A stretch of 64,000 nt of DNA from an uncultured Pseudomonadota bacterium. Lineage in GTDB: Bacteria; Pseudomonadota; Alphaproteobacteria; Rhizobiales; Xanthobacteraceae. Under the pieces are notes generated by a model. That model had not been told where the DNA came from. It did no database searches and was given only the letters and a program-made list of their open reading frames with translations. The stretch is taken from assembly GCA_963732895.1 (NCBI GenBank), contig CAVTBG010000009.1, positions 192,005 to 256,004 on the forward strand. Reading direction: 5' to 3'. How positions within the stretch are numbered: the first letter of the stretch is position 1; every line of letters starts with the position of its first letter. This document shows, piece by piece, positions 26,392 through 35,422 of this stretch. Both the position numbers and the translations under genes were made by a program.

Positions 26392-26499
26392 GTCGTCCCC
26401 GCGAAAGCGGGGACCCATAACCCCAGTCTTGCAAAACAAGCGCAGTCCGTGGTTATGGGTCCCGGCTCGCGCTCGCTTCACTCGCTTGGCTGGGACGAC
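26392..26499. repeat. REPIN-like doublet of GTCGTCCC...GGGACCCATA palindromes, copy 2
   Basis: gtcgtccccgcgaaagcggggacccataa...ttatgggtcccggctcgcgctcgcttcactcgcttggctgggacgac. Confidence 0.88.
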
Positions 26500-26505
26500 A
26501 AGAAG

Positions 26506-27363
26506 ATGCCTCTCGACCCCGAAAAACTCCTCGCTCTGCAAATCCCTGACGTTGAGCACGTCTATGGCCCGCGCGATTGCATTGTGTACGCGCTCGGTAT
26601 CGGCCTCGGCCAGGATCCGGTGAACGAAAACGAGCTCGCGTTCGTCTACGAAAAAAATCTCAAAGTGCTCCCGACCTTCGCGCTGGTGCAGGGCTACGCC
26701 GCCTATTTTCTGCGACGGCAGGAACTGGGCGTCACCTGGAGCCATGTGGTGCACGGCGAACAGGCCGTTGTCCTGCACAAGCCGGTGAAGCCGGAGGGTA
26801 CGGTGATCGGCCGCACGCGCATCCTCGACGTGGTCGACAAGGGCGTCGGTCGTGGCGCGCTGGTCTATTCGGAGCGTGGGATCATCGACAAGCATAGCGG
26901 CGAACTGCTTGCCACGCTCAACCAGACCACGTTCTGCCGCGCTGATGGCGGCTTCGGGGGCGCGAAGCGCGACACACTGCCGCCGCACGCGCTGCCCGAG
27001 CGCGCGCCTGACGCGGTGGTCGATCTGCCGACGCGGCCGGAAATGGCGCTGATCTATCGGCTATCCGGCGACGTCAACGCGCTGCACGTCGACCCCGAAT
27101 ACGCTCGCGTGGCGGGCTTCCCGCGCCCGATCCTGCATGGGCTTGCCACGTTCGGCGCGGCGGGGCATGCCTTGCTGAAACAAGTGTGCGGCTACGATCC
27201 TGCCCGGCTCACTGCCATGGCCGGCCGCTTTTCGGCGCCGGTCTATCCGGGCGAGACCATTCGCACCGAAATCTGGCGCGACGGCGGCGTGGCGAGTTTC
27301 CGCGCTCGCGTCGTCGAACGCGACGTGGTGGCGATCAATAATGGCCGCGCGGAGGTAAGGTGA
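26506..27363 (+). CDS. MaoC-family (double hot-dog) (R)-specific enoyl-CoA hydratase
   Basis: YALGIG, VVHGEQ, YRLSGDVNALHVDP, PILHGLATFG. Confidence 0.9.
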   Translation: MPLDPEKLLALQIPDVEHVYGPRDCIVYALGIGLGQDPVNENELAFVYEKNLKVLPTFALVQGYAAYFLRRQELGVTWSHVVHGEQAVVLHKPVKPEGTVIGRTRILDVVDKGVGRGALVYSERGIIDKHSGELLATLNQTTFCRADGGFGGAKRDTLPPHALPERAPDAVVDLPTRPEMALIYRLSGDVNALHVDPEYARVAGFPRPILHGLATFGAAGHALLKQVCGYDPARLTAMAGRFSAPVYPGETIRTEIWRDGGVASFRARVVERDVVAINNGRAEVR

Positions 27364-28535
27364 CGATGGCGAAAGCCGACCACAGATACGAAGACCATGC
27401 CGATATCCGCGAGGGCGTGCGTGCGCTCTGCGCCCGCTTCCCCGGCGAATACTGGCGTACGCTCGACCGCGAGCGGGCCTACCCGACCGAGTTTGTCGCC
27501 GCGTTGACGGAAGCCGGCTATCTCGCGGCCCTCATCCCGGAAGACTACGGCGGCAGCGGCCTCGGCATCAGCGCCGCCGCCGCGATCCTGGAGGAGGTGC
27601 ACCACGCCGGCGGCAACGGCGCGGCCTGCCACGCCCAGATGTATACCATGGGCACAATTCTGCGGCACGGCTCGCCCGCGCAGAAGCAGGACTATCTGCC
27701 GCTCATCGCCAGCGGCGAGCTGCGCCTACAGGCCTTCGGCGTCACCGAGCCGACGTCGGGCACCGACACGCTTTCCCTGCGCACCACCGCGCGCAAGGAA
27801 GGCGACCATTACGTCATCAATGGCCAGAAAATCTGGACCTCACGCGCCGAGCATTCCGACCTGATGCTGCTGCTGGCGCGCACCACGCCGCGCGAACAGG
27901 TCGAGAAACGCACAGATGGCTTGTCGGTGTTTCTGGTCGACATGCGGCTCGCGCTCGGCACCAGTATGACCATCACGCCGATCCGCACCATGATGAACCA
28001 CGCCACAACGCAGATCTTCTTCGACGATCTGCGCGTGCCGGCGGAAAATCTGATCGGCGAGGAAGGTAAGGGCTTCCGCTACATCCTGTCAGGCATGAAT
28101 GCGGAACGAATCCTGATCAGCGCCGAATGCATCGGCGACGCCAAATGGTTCATCGACAGGGCGACGAATTACGCCAAGGAGCGCGTGCTGTTCGGCCGGC
28201 CCATCGGGCAGAACCAGGGCGTTCAGTTTCCGATCGCGCGCGCCTATGCGCAGATGCGCGCCGCCGAACTGATGGTGCACGAGGCCGCGCGCCGCTACGA
28301 GGCCGGCGAAGACATCGGCGAGCAGGCCAATATGGCAAAGTTGCTCGCCGCCGACGCCTCTTGGGCCGCCGCCGACATGTGCGTGCAGACCCACGGCGGC
28401 TTCGGCTTCGCCGAGGAATACGACATCGAGCGCAAATTCCGTGAGGCGCGGCTTTACCAGGTGGCGCCAATCTCCACCAACATGATCCTGTCTTACCTGG
28501 CCGAGCACGTGCTCGGCCTGCCACGGTCGTATTGA
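27360..28535 (+). CDS. Acyl-CoA dehydrogenase
   Basis: AFGVTEPTSGTD, INGQKIWTSRA, GMNAERI, QTHGGFGFAEEY. Confidence 0.95.
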   Translation: MTMAKADHRYEDHADIREGVRALCARFPGEYWRTLDRERAYPTEFVAALTEAGYLAALIPEDYGGSGLGISAAAAILEEVHHAGGNGAACHAQMYTMGTILRHGSPAQKQDYLPLIASGELRLQAFGVTEPTSGTDTLSLRTTARKEGDHYVINGQKIWTSRAEHSDLMLLLARTTPREQVEKRTDGLSVFLVDMRLALGTSMTITPIRTMMNHATTQIFFDDLRVPAENLIGEEGKGFRYILSGMNAERILISAECIGDAKWFIDRATNYAKERVLFGRPIGQNQGVQFPIARAYAQMRAAELMVHEAARRYEAGEDIGEQANMAKLLAADASWAAADMCVQTHGGFGFAEEYDIERKFREARLYQVAPISTNMILSYLAEHVLGLPRSY

Positions 28536-28536
28536 A

Positions 28537-29658
28537 ATGACGCTTCCGCTTGAAGGCCTCCTCGTCGTCTCGCTCGAACAGGCGGTGGCCGCGCCGACCT
28601 GCACCTGCCGCATGGCCGACGCCGGCGCGCGCGTCATCAAGATCGAGCGCCCGGAGGGTGACTTCGCCCGCGGCTACGACACGCTGGTGCACGGTGAGAG
28701 CGCCTATTTCGTCTGGCTCAACCGCGGCAAGCAGTCAGTCGTGCTCGACCTCACCACGGACGATGACAAGGCGCTGCTCGAAGCCATGCTCGCCAAGGCC
28801 GACGTCTTCGTGCAGAACCTCAAGCCGGGGACCGTCGCCAAGCTCGGCTTCGCCATCGAACGGCTGCGCAAAGATTATCCGAAGCTGATCTGCTGCTCGA
28901 TCTCCGGCTACGGCGAGAGCGGCCCTTACGCGCAGCGCAAGGCCTATGACCTGTTGATCCAGGCCGACAGCGGACTGTCGTCGGTCACCGGCGGACCGGA
29001 AGCACCGGCCCGTGTGGGCGTGTCGGTGGTTGATGTCGCCACCGGCATGAACGCCTACGAGGCGGTCCTCGAAGCGCTGATCGCCCGCGGCCGCACCGGC
29101 GAAGGCTTAGCCGTCAGTGTGTCGATGTTCGACGCCATGGCCGATTGGATGACGGTGCCGTTGCTGCACACCGAGGGCGGCAAGCCGCCGCAACGCATCG
29201 GCCTCGCCCATCCCTCGATCTCGCCCTATGGTGTGTTCAAGAGCCGCGAAGGCGGCGATATTTTGATTTCGATCCAGAATGACCGCGAATGGCGCGTGCT
29301 GGCCGAGAAGGTCATGGGCGATTCCGCGCTCGCCGCCGATCCAGGCTTTGCAACCGTGATCCAGCGCGCCAACCGCCGCAGCGACACTGACGGACGTGTG
29401 CAGGCGGCGTTTGGGTCAATGGACGTCGCTGAACTCGAGAAGAAACTGGCTGCCGCGGACATCGCCTATGCGCGGGTCAACGACACCAGTCTGCTGGCCA
29501 AGCACCCGCACCTGCGCCGGATCATGGTCGATACGCCGACCGGCCCGGCCTCACTGCCCGCGCCGGCCCCGGTGCGCTCCGGCGAGCCGCGCCGTTACGG
29601 CGCGGTCCCGGCGCTCGGCGAGCATACGGAGATGGCGCGGAAGGAATTCGGCGGCTGA
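28537..29658 (+). CDS. CaiB/BaiF family III CoA-transferase
   Basis: LEQAVAAP, GARVIKIERP, WLNRGKQS, YDLLIQA. Confidence 0.95.
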   Translation: MTLPLEGLLVVSLEQAVAAPTCTCRMADAGARVIKIERPEGDFARGYDTLVHGESAYFVWLNRGKQSVVLDLTTDDDKALLEAMLAKADVFVQNLKPGTVAKLGFAIERLRKDYPKLICCSISGYGESGPYAQRKAYDLLIQADSGLSSVTGGPEAPARVGVSVVDVATGMNAYEAVLEALIARGRTGEGLAVSVSMFDAMADWMTVPLLHTEGGKPPQRIGLAHPSISPYGVFKSREGGDILISIQNDREWRVLAEKVMGDSALAADPGFATVIQRANRRSDTDGRVQAAFGSMDVAELEKKLAAADIAYARVNDTSLLAKHPHLRRIMVDTPTGPASLPAPAPVRSGEPRRYGAVPALGEHTEMARKEFGG

Positions 29659-29670
29659 CCCGCGCGCCGA

Positions 29671-31218
29671 CTATTCCAGCATCACCGCTTCTTCCAGCTC
29701 GTCCTCGCTCGGTTTTTTCTTCGATGAGCCGATGATGAAGATCAGCGGGATCATCGCCAGCGTCAGGATCATCAACAGCTTGTAGTCGTTGAGATAGGCG
29801 ATCAGCGTCGCCTGCTGTGTGACGATCAGGTCCATCATGGCGCGGCCTTCGTCCGTCGCCATGTTGAGGATCGTGTGCACGTCGGGAAACTGCAGCGCGT
29901 CGTTGAACGGCGTCACCTGCGCCGCCAGTCGCGCGTGCATGTATGTGGTTTCGTCGGTCAGGTTGGCTATCACCATGGAAATGCCGATCGACGAGCCGAT
30001 GTTGCGCACGAGCGTCAGGATCGCGGTGCCGCCGGTGCGCAGATGCCCGGGCAGCGTCAGGAACGCCGCGGTGGAGATCGGCACGAACAGCAGGCCGAGG
30101 CCGACGCCTTGCACGATCGAGGCGATGACGATCGTCTGCTGCGTGGTATCGAGCGAAAATCCGGTAAAGACATAGAGCGTGCCGCCGGATATCAGCAGTC
30201 CGGCCATGATCAGCCAGCGCGTCTCGAACAGTTTCATCAGCCGCGGCGCCACCATCATGGTGAGCAGCGTGCCGACGCCGCGCGAGCCGAGCAGGAAGCC
30301 GGCAGTCTGGATCGGATAGCCGAGCAGCTTCTGCATGAACGGCGTCACCAGCGCCATGGTGCCGAACAGCACCACGCCGATCACCACCATGAACACACAG
30401 CCGGACACGAAATTGCGGTCCTTGAATAGGTCGAACTGGACGAACGGCGTGTCGGTCGTCAGCGAATGGGCGAAGAAGTAATAGAAACCGGCGATCGAGA
30501 TGATGGTCTCGATCCAGATTTCGCTCGCGCCGAACCAGCCGACCTGCTCGCCGCGGTCGAGCATCAACTGCAGCGAGCCGATACCGATGGCGAGCGCGAT
30601 GAAGCCGAACCAGTCGAAGCGCAGATGTTCATGGCGCGGGGTCTCCTCCATGAACAGCATCAGTCCGAACACCGTGATGATGCCGATCGGCAGGTTGATC
30701 AGGAACACCCAGTGCCAGGAATAATTGTCGGTGAGCCATGCGCCCAGCGTCGGGCCCATGATCGGCCCCAGCATCACGCCGATGCCCCAGATCGCCATGG
30801 CGCCGCCGCGCTCCTCCGGCGTATAGGCGTCGAGCAGCACTGCTTGCGAAAGCGGCACCAGGGCCGCGCCCGCCATGCCCTGCATCAGGCGGAACAGCAC
30901 GATTTCTTCGATGTTCTGCGCCAGCGCGCAGAGCAGCGACGCGACGGTAAAGCCGGCGACACAGACGATGAACAGCTTCTTGCGGCCGAAACGGTCGGCG
31001 AGCCAGCCCATCGGCGCGGTCATGATGGCGGCGGCGACGATGTAGGAGGTCAGCACCCAGTTGATCTGGTCGAGGGACGCCGACAGCGAGCCTTGCATAT
31101 AGGGCAGCGCCACGTTGGCGATGGTCGTGTCGAGCGCCTGCATGATGGTGGCGGTCATCGCGCAGACCGTCACCAGCATGCGTCGCACGTTGGGCGACAT
31201 CGACGACGCGGCGGCCAT
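29671..31218 (-). CDS. emrB: DHA2 MFS multidrug efflux permease
   Basis: LDTTIANVALP, WVLTSYIVA, DRFGRK, WHWVFLINLPIG. Confidence 0.92.
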   Translation of the reverse strand: MAAASSMSPNVRRMLVTVCAMTATIMQALDTTIANVALPYMQGSLSASLDQINWVLTSYIVAAAIMTAPMGWLADRFGRKKLFIVCVAGFTVASLLCALAQNIEEIVLFRLMQGMAGAALVPLSQAVLLDAYTPEERGGAMAIWGIGVMLGPIMGPTLGAWLTDNYSWHWVFLINLPIGIITVFGLMLFMEETPRHEHLRFDWFGFIALAIGIGSLQLMLDRGEQVGWFGASEIWIETIISIAGFYYFFAHSLTTDTPFVQFDLFKDRNFVSGCVFMVVIGVVLFGTMALVTPFMQKLLGYPIQTAGFLLGSRGVGTLLTMMVAPRLMKLFETRWLIMAGLLISGGTLYVFTGFSLDTTQQTIVIASIVQGVGLGLLFVPISTAAFLTLPGHLRTGGTAILTLVRNIGSSIGISMVIANLTDETTYMHARLAAQVTPFNDALQFPDVHTILNMATDEGRAMMDLIVTQQATLIAYLNDYKLLMILTLAMIPLIFIIGSSKKKPSEDELEEAVMLE

Positions 31219-31224
31219 CGCTTC

Positions 31225-32397
31225 TTACTTTCCCTTGGCGAAGGCGAGGAACGACGGCAACCGGCTGTGGTGGGTGTCGATATCCACCGTCACGCTCATT
31301 CCGGCGCGCAAGAGGTGCGTATCCTGGCCCTTGTCGAACACGATGCGCACCGGCACGCGCTGCACCACCTTGACCCAGTTGCCGCTGGCGTTCTGCGGCG
31401 GCAGGATCGAGAACTGCGCGCCGGTGCCTGGGCTCACCGACTGCACGGTGCCCTTGAATTCATGGTCGGGGAAGCTGTCGACGGAGATGGTCGCCTTCTG
31501 GCCGACGCGCAAGTAGGTGATTTCCGTTTCCTTCGGGTTGGCGTCGACCCACGGCGCCTGGTCGTCGACCACGCTCAAGACCGGCGCGCCGGCGGCGATA
31601 AAGCGGCCGAGCTGGATGTTGTCGACCTGCGTCGCGGTACCGGCCATCGGCGCGCGGATCACGGTGTGGGCGAGGTTGCGTTTGGCGTCGTCCACGGCGG
31701 CTTTGGCCTGCACATAAGCCGGGAATTGCGCCAGCGGCAAGTCGCGCTTGCCGAGCAACTGCGCCAGCGTGGTGTCGTGCTGCTGCTGCGCGAACTGCGC
31801 CTGAAGTTGCGCGGTCACCAGGCCGACCGCCGCGGTGTCGAGGTCGGCGCGCGAGCCGGCCCGCGAAGTGAGCAGCGTTTGCTTGCGCTCGACGGCCTGC
31901 TTCTTGAGTTCGACGTTTTTGTGCGCGAGGTCGATTAGCGTCGTCAGTGACTTCACGGTCGTCTTCAGTTTGGAATATTCGGTACGCGCGGCGACAAGTT
32001 TCGACTCGGCTTGGTCGAGAGTGAGCTTGTAGGGTTCGGGGTCAAGCGTGAACAATTCATCGCCCGGTTTGACGTGCTGGCCCTCGCGCGCCGCGACGTG
32101 GATGATCTTGCCGGAAACGTCGGGGGTGATCAGCACCTTTTGCGCCCCGACATAGGCGTTGTCGGTCGAGATGTAGCGCCCGCCCATGAGATAGAATGTT
32201 CCGCCGCCGATCACCGCGATCAGTGGCAGTACGACCAGCAGGATGGTCCGCAGGCCCCGGCGCTTTTTGGGCGCCGCCTTGGCCGGCGCTTCGACAGCCG
32301 GCTTGGCGCCGGGTCGGTTTTTGGCTTCAGGCGCCTCGTCCGTCGGCGCCTGCGGCGCGTCGGAGGCAGGCACGATCTTCAATGCTTTGTCACTCAT
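31225..32397 (-). CDS. emrA: HlyD/EmrA periplasmic adaptor
   Basis: STDNAYV, GTGAQFSILPPQNASGNWVKVVQRVPVRI. Confidence 0.93.
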   Translation of the reverse strand: MSDKALKIVPASDAPQAPTDEAPEAKNRPGAKPAVEAPAKAAPKKRRGLRTILLVVLPLIAVIGGGTFYLMGGRYISTDNAYVGAQKVLITPDVSGKIIHVAAREGQHVKPGDELFTLDPEPYKLTLDQAESKLVAARTEYSKLKTTVKSLTTLIDLAHKNVELKKQAVERKQTLLTSRAGSRADLDTAAVGLVTAQLQAQFAQQQHDTTLAQLLGKRDLPLAQFPAYVQAKAAVDDAKRNLAHTVIRAPMAGTATQVDNIQLGRFIAAGAPVLSVVDDQAPWVDANPKETEITYLRVGQKATISVDSFPDHEFKGTVQSVSPGTGAQFSILPPQNASGNWVKVVQRVPVRIVFDKGQDTHLLRAGMSVTVDIDTHHSRLPSFLAFAKGK

Positions 32398-32885
32398 GAT
32401 GCTTCGGTCGCTTCAACGATATCGGCGGATTGCGCACCGTCGTTGCCGTTGATGGCGGCGCGCAGGTTGTATTTGATGGTGACGAGGTCGCGCAGCAGAC
32501 GCTCGTTGGCTTTGTCGTCGAGGCCTTCGAGCACGGTCTCCATCAGTTCCTGACCGAGGTCGGCGAGTTCGATCAGCAGCGGGCGCGCCGCCGGGGTCAG
32601 GTAGAGCCGGTTGGCGCGGCGATCGTTGGGGTCGGGCCGTCGCTCGATCAGTCCGTTCTCGGCCAGCCGGTCGAGCAGGCGGGTAAGCGAGATCGGCTGC
32701 AGGTCGAGGATCTCGGCGAGCTCCGACTGCTTGAGGCCTTCCGAGCGGTCGAGCCGCACCAGCACGGTCCACTGGGCGCGGGAGATGCCGAACTGGCGCG
32801 CGCGCTGGTCGGCATAGGTCCGCAGCATTCTCGCTACGTCCATGATATTAAAGGCAATTTCGCGTTTGGCCGGCACCGCTGGCAT
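32394..32885 (-). CDS. MarR/SlyA-like regulator of emrAB
   Basis: AQWTVL, LKQSELAEILDLQPISLTRLLDRL, DRRANRLYLT; start taken at ATG 32885. Confidence 0.92.
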   Translation of the reverse strand: MPAVPAKREIAFNIMDVARMLRTYADQRARQFGISRAQWTVLVRLDRSEGLKQSELAEILDLQPISLTRLLDRLAENGLIERRPDPNDRRANRLYLTPAARPLLIELADLGQELMETVLEGLDDKANERLLRDLVTIKYNLRAAINGNDGAQSADIVEATEAS

Positions 32886-32919
32886 GCTCGGGATCCTCTT
32901 TCCTGAGTGCCGATATAAT

Positions 32920-32933
32920 AAGTACACTTATAA
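32920..32933. promoter_or_regulatory. Probable MarR/SlyA operator ATAAGT-AC-ACTTAT
   Basis: Perfect 6-bp-arm palindrome in an AT-rich patch about 35 bp upstream of the regulator start. Confidence 0.6.
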
Positions 32934-33102
32934 TAACGTCAATACTGCTTTAGGCGGATGGTTGCCGAACCGTTCAGGTCATTCGGGGACTGCGCCGCCT
33001 GAAAGCCGTACCTCAAAATGACGGCGGAGAGGGTTGATGACGCCGCGGCGACGCTCGGGCAAAGTTGGAATTGGAAACGCGAATTCAAGAGGGCTCGAAG
33101 AA

Positions 33103-33996
33103 ATGGACATCGGATTTATCGGTCTCGGTAACATGGGCGGCCCGATGGCACGCCGGCTGGCCGAGGCGGGGCACAAACTCGTCGTCTACGACACCCGCAA
33201 CGACGCCGTGGCGCCACTGGTGGCGCTCGGTGCGCAAGTCGCATCCTCGCCGCAGGACGTCGCCGACCGGGTCGAGACCGTGATGGCGAGCCTCCCGTCG
33301 CTGCAGATCTCCGAGAAGGTTGCGACCGGCGAGGGCGGCGTCATCTATGGCAAGCGCGTGAAGCGTTACATCGATCTTTCCACCACCGGCTCGCGGGTCG
33401 CGGCGAAAATCGCGGCGGAACTCGCCAAGAAGAACATCGTGCAGATCGACAGTCCGGTGTCGGGCGGCGTCGGTGGTGCCAATAGAGGCACGTTGGCCGT
33501 GATGGTCTCGGGACCGACCGCCGAGATCGATCAAGTGAAAGAGGCGCTCAACGTTTTCGGCAAGGTCTTCATCATCGGCGACAAGCCGGGCATGGCGCAG
33601 ACCATGAAGCTCGCCAACAACTTCCTCTCCGCCACCGCCATGGCGGCGACTGCCGAGGCGGTCGCTATGGGCGTGAAAGCAGGACTCGATGCGGGAGTGA
33701 TGATCGACGTCATCAACGCCGGCTCCGGCCGCACCACCGCGTCCGAGCAGAAGTTCCCGCAGACCATCCTGCCGCGCACGTTCGACTATGGATTTGGCAC
33801 CGCGTTGATGCTCAAGGACGTCCGGCTCTGCTTCGAGGAATCGAAGGAGTTCGATGTGCCGAATTCGGTGATGCGCACCGTGCTCGATCAGTGGGAGGCG
33901 ACCAACGCGGAATATGGTGGCGACAGCGACTTCACCCACATCGTCAAGATGATCGAGACGCGCGCCGGCATCATCGTTGGAGGAAACAAGAAATGA
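33103..33996 (+). CDS. NAD(P)-dependent beta-hydroxyacid dehydrogenase (3-hydroxyisobutyrate dehydrogenase family)
   Basis: GFIGLGNMG, DSPVSGG, MKLANN, LMLKD. Confidence 0.92.
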   Translation: MDIGFIGLGNMGGPMARRLAEAGHKLVVYDTRNDAVAPLVALGAQVASSPQDVADRVETVMASLPSLQISEKVATGEGGVIYGKRVKRYIDLSTTGSRVAAKIAAELAKKNIVQIDSPVSGGVGGANRGTLAVMVSGPTAEIDQVKEALNVFGKVFIIGDKPGMAQTMKLANNFLSATAMAATAEAVAMGVKAGLDAGVMIDVINAGSGRTTASEQKFPQTILPRTFDYGFGTALMLKDVRLCFEESKEFDVPNSVMRTVLDQWEATNAEYGGDSDFTHIVKMIETRAGIIVGGNKK

Positions 33997-34790
33997 GCGA
34001 TGACATCCACGAGGTATACGCCGTGCGCTACGCCGAGCACGCGCGCATGCGTTCGGAAAACTACATTTTCGGCGACCCCCACGATGCGATGACCTCGATC
34101 GCCTATTACGTCTGGGTCATCAAGGGCCCGCACGGTACTTTCGTCTGCGACACCGGCTTCGACGACGCGGCGGCCAAGGAGCGTGGCCGCAAGATTACAC
34201 ATCCGGTGGGCGAGGGGCTGAAAGCGCTCGGTGTTCAGCCCGACAAGGTCGATCACGTCGTCGCCACGCACATGCATTGGGACCATGCCGGCAATTATGA
34301 CCTGTTTCCCAATGCGCGTTATCACGTCCAGGACACAGAGATGGCCTATTGCACCGGCCGCTGCATGTGCCACCAGACGCTGCGCATTCCGTTTTCCGAA
34401 AGTGACGTACTGGCAATGGTGCGCAAGGTCTACGCCTACCGCGTCGAGTTCCATGACGGTGTCGAGGAACTTGCGCCCGGCATCACCGTGCACAAGATCG
34501 GCGGCCATTCGAAAGGCCTGCAATGCGTGCGCGTGAAGACTCAGCGCGGCTACGTCGTGGTGGCGTCGGACTGCTGCCACCTCTATTCGCATATGGACGA
34601 AGGCCGCGTGTTCCCGATCACGTACAGCGTCGGCGATACGCTCGAAGGCTATAAGACGCTCAAGAAGCTCGCCTCTTCGCGTCACCATGTGGTGCCCGGC
34701 CACGACCCGGAGGTGATGAAGCTTTATCCGGCCGCCGGCCCGAACCTGGATGGCTGGATCGCGCGGTTGGATGTGGAGCCGAAGGTGTAA
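33993..34790 (+). CDS. Metallo-beta-lactamase-fold N-acyl-homoserine-lactonase family hydrolase
   Basis: CDTG, THMHWDHAG (HxHxDH), GGHSKG, SDCCH, PGHD; ATGA overlap with the upstream gene. Confidence 0.85.
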   Translation: MSDDIHEVYAVRYAEHARMRSENYIFGDPHDAMTSIAYYVWVIKGPHGTFVCDTGFDDAAAKERGRKITHPVGEGLKALGVQPDKVDHVVATHMHWDHAGNYDLFPNARYHVQDTEMAYCTGRCMCHQTLRIPFSESDVLAMVRKVYAYRVEFHDGVEELAPGITVHKIGGHSKGLQCVRVKTQRGYVVVASDCCHLYSHMDEGRVFPITYSVGDTLEGYKTLKKLASSRHHVVPGHDPEVMKLYPAAGPNLDGWIARLDVEPKV

Positions 34791-34812
34791 CGGGCGCAGC
34801 GTTGCTGCAGGT

Positions 34813-34837
34813 CCCCTCTCCCACAAGGGGAGAGGGG
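34813..34837. repeat. CCCTCTCCC-ACAAG-GGGAGAGGG REP hairpin between convergent genes
   Basis: cccctctcccacaaggggagagggg. Confidence 0.7.
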
Positions 34838-34864
34838 AAGAGAGATCGCTGCGAGCGTGGTCGG

Positions 34865-35413
34865 TTACACCAACTCCAAATCCGCAAACGCCGCCTTGTG
34901 GTGCTCGGCGCTGTCGGCCGAGTAGCAGCAGAACACCACCTGCATCATCCCGCGCGGGTGGGCGGCAAGCTCCGCCGCCACGGTGCCGACCGCGATGCGC
35001 GCCGCGCGGTCGGGCGGAAAGCGGTAGATGCCGGTCGAGATGGCGGGATACGCGATCGAAGTGAGCGTGTGCTCGGCGGCGAGATCGAGCGCCGTGCGGT
35101 AGCAGCCGGTGAGCAGTTTATCCTCGTGCTTGCCACCGCCGCTCCAAACCGGTCCGACCGCATGGATGACATGACGCGCTTTCAGCCTGTAGCCGCGGGT
35201 GATCTTGGCGCTGCCGGTATCGCAGCCGCCCAGCATCTCGCATTCCGTCAACAGGTCGGGCCCGGCGGCGCGGTGGATCGCGCCATCGACTCCGCCGCCG
35301 CCCAACAGCGTGCGGTTGGCGGCGTTGACGATCGCGTCGACGTCGAGCGTGGTGATGTCAGCGACCAGCACGTCGAGCCGCGTCTTGCCGATCTCGGCGG
35401 TCAGTTCGGTCAT
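34865..35413 (-). CDS. Macrodomain O-acetyl-ADP-ribose deacetylase (YmdB-like)
   Basis: DAIVNAAN, LLGGGGVDGAIHRAAG, HAVGPVW, AISTGIYRFP. Confidence 0.93.
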   Translation of the reverse strand: MTELTAEIGKTRLDVLVADITTLDVDAIVNAANRTLLGGGGVDGAIHRAAGPDLLTECEMLGGCDTGSAKITRGYRLKARHVIHAVGPVWSGGGKHEDKLLTGCYRTALDLAAEHTLTSIAYPAISTGIYRFPPDRAARIAVGTVAAELAAHPRGMMQVVFCCYSADSAEHHKAAFADLELV

Positions 35414-35422
35414 GGAGTAAGC

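Noticed and set aside
21668-26499. Regularly spaced repeats resembling a CRISPR array
   Set aside because: The repeated units are paralogous coding sequences and heterogeneous REP hairpins; there are no constant repeats with unique spacers and no cas genes
26449-26505. N-terminal extension of the MaoC protein
   Set aside because: It is derived from the REPIN sequence; ATG 26506 is the more plausible start
32960-33060. CTTTCAGG/GGAGAG words reminiscent of a glycine riboswitch
   Set aside because: The words lie on opposite strands and in the wrong order
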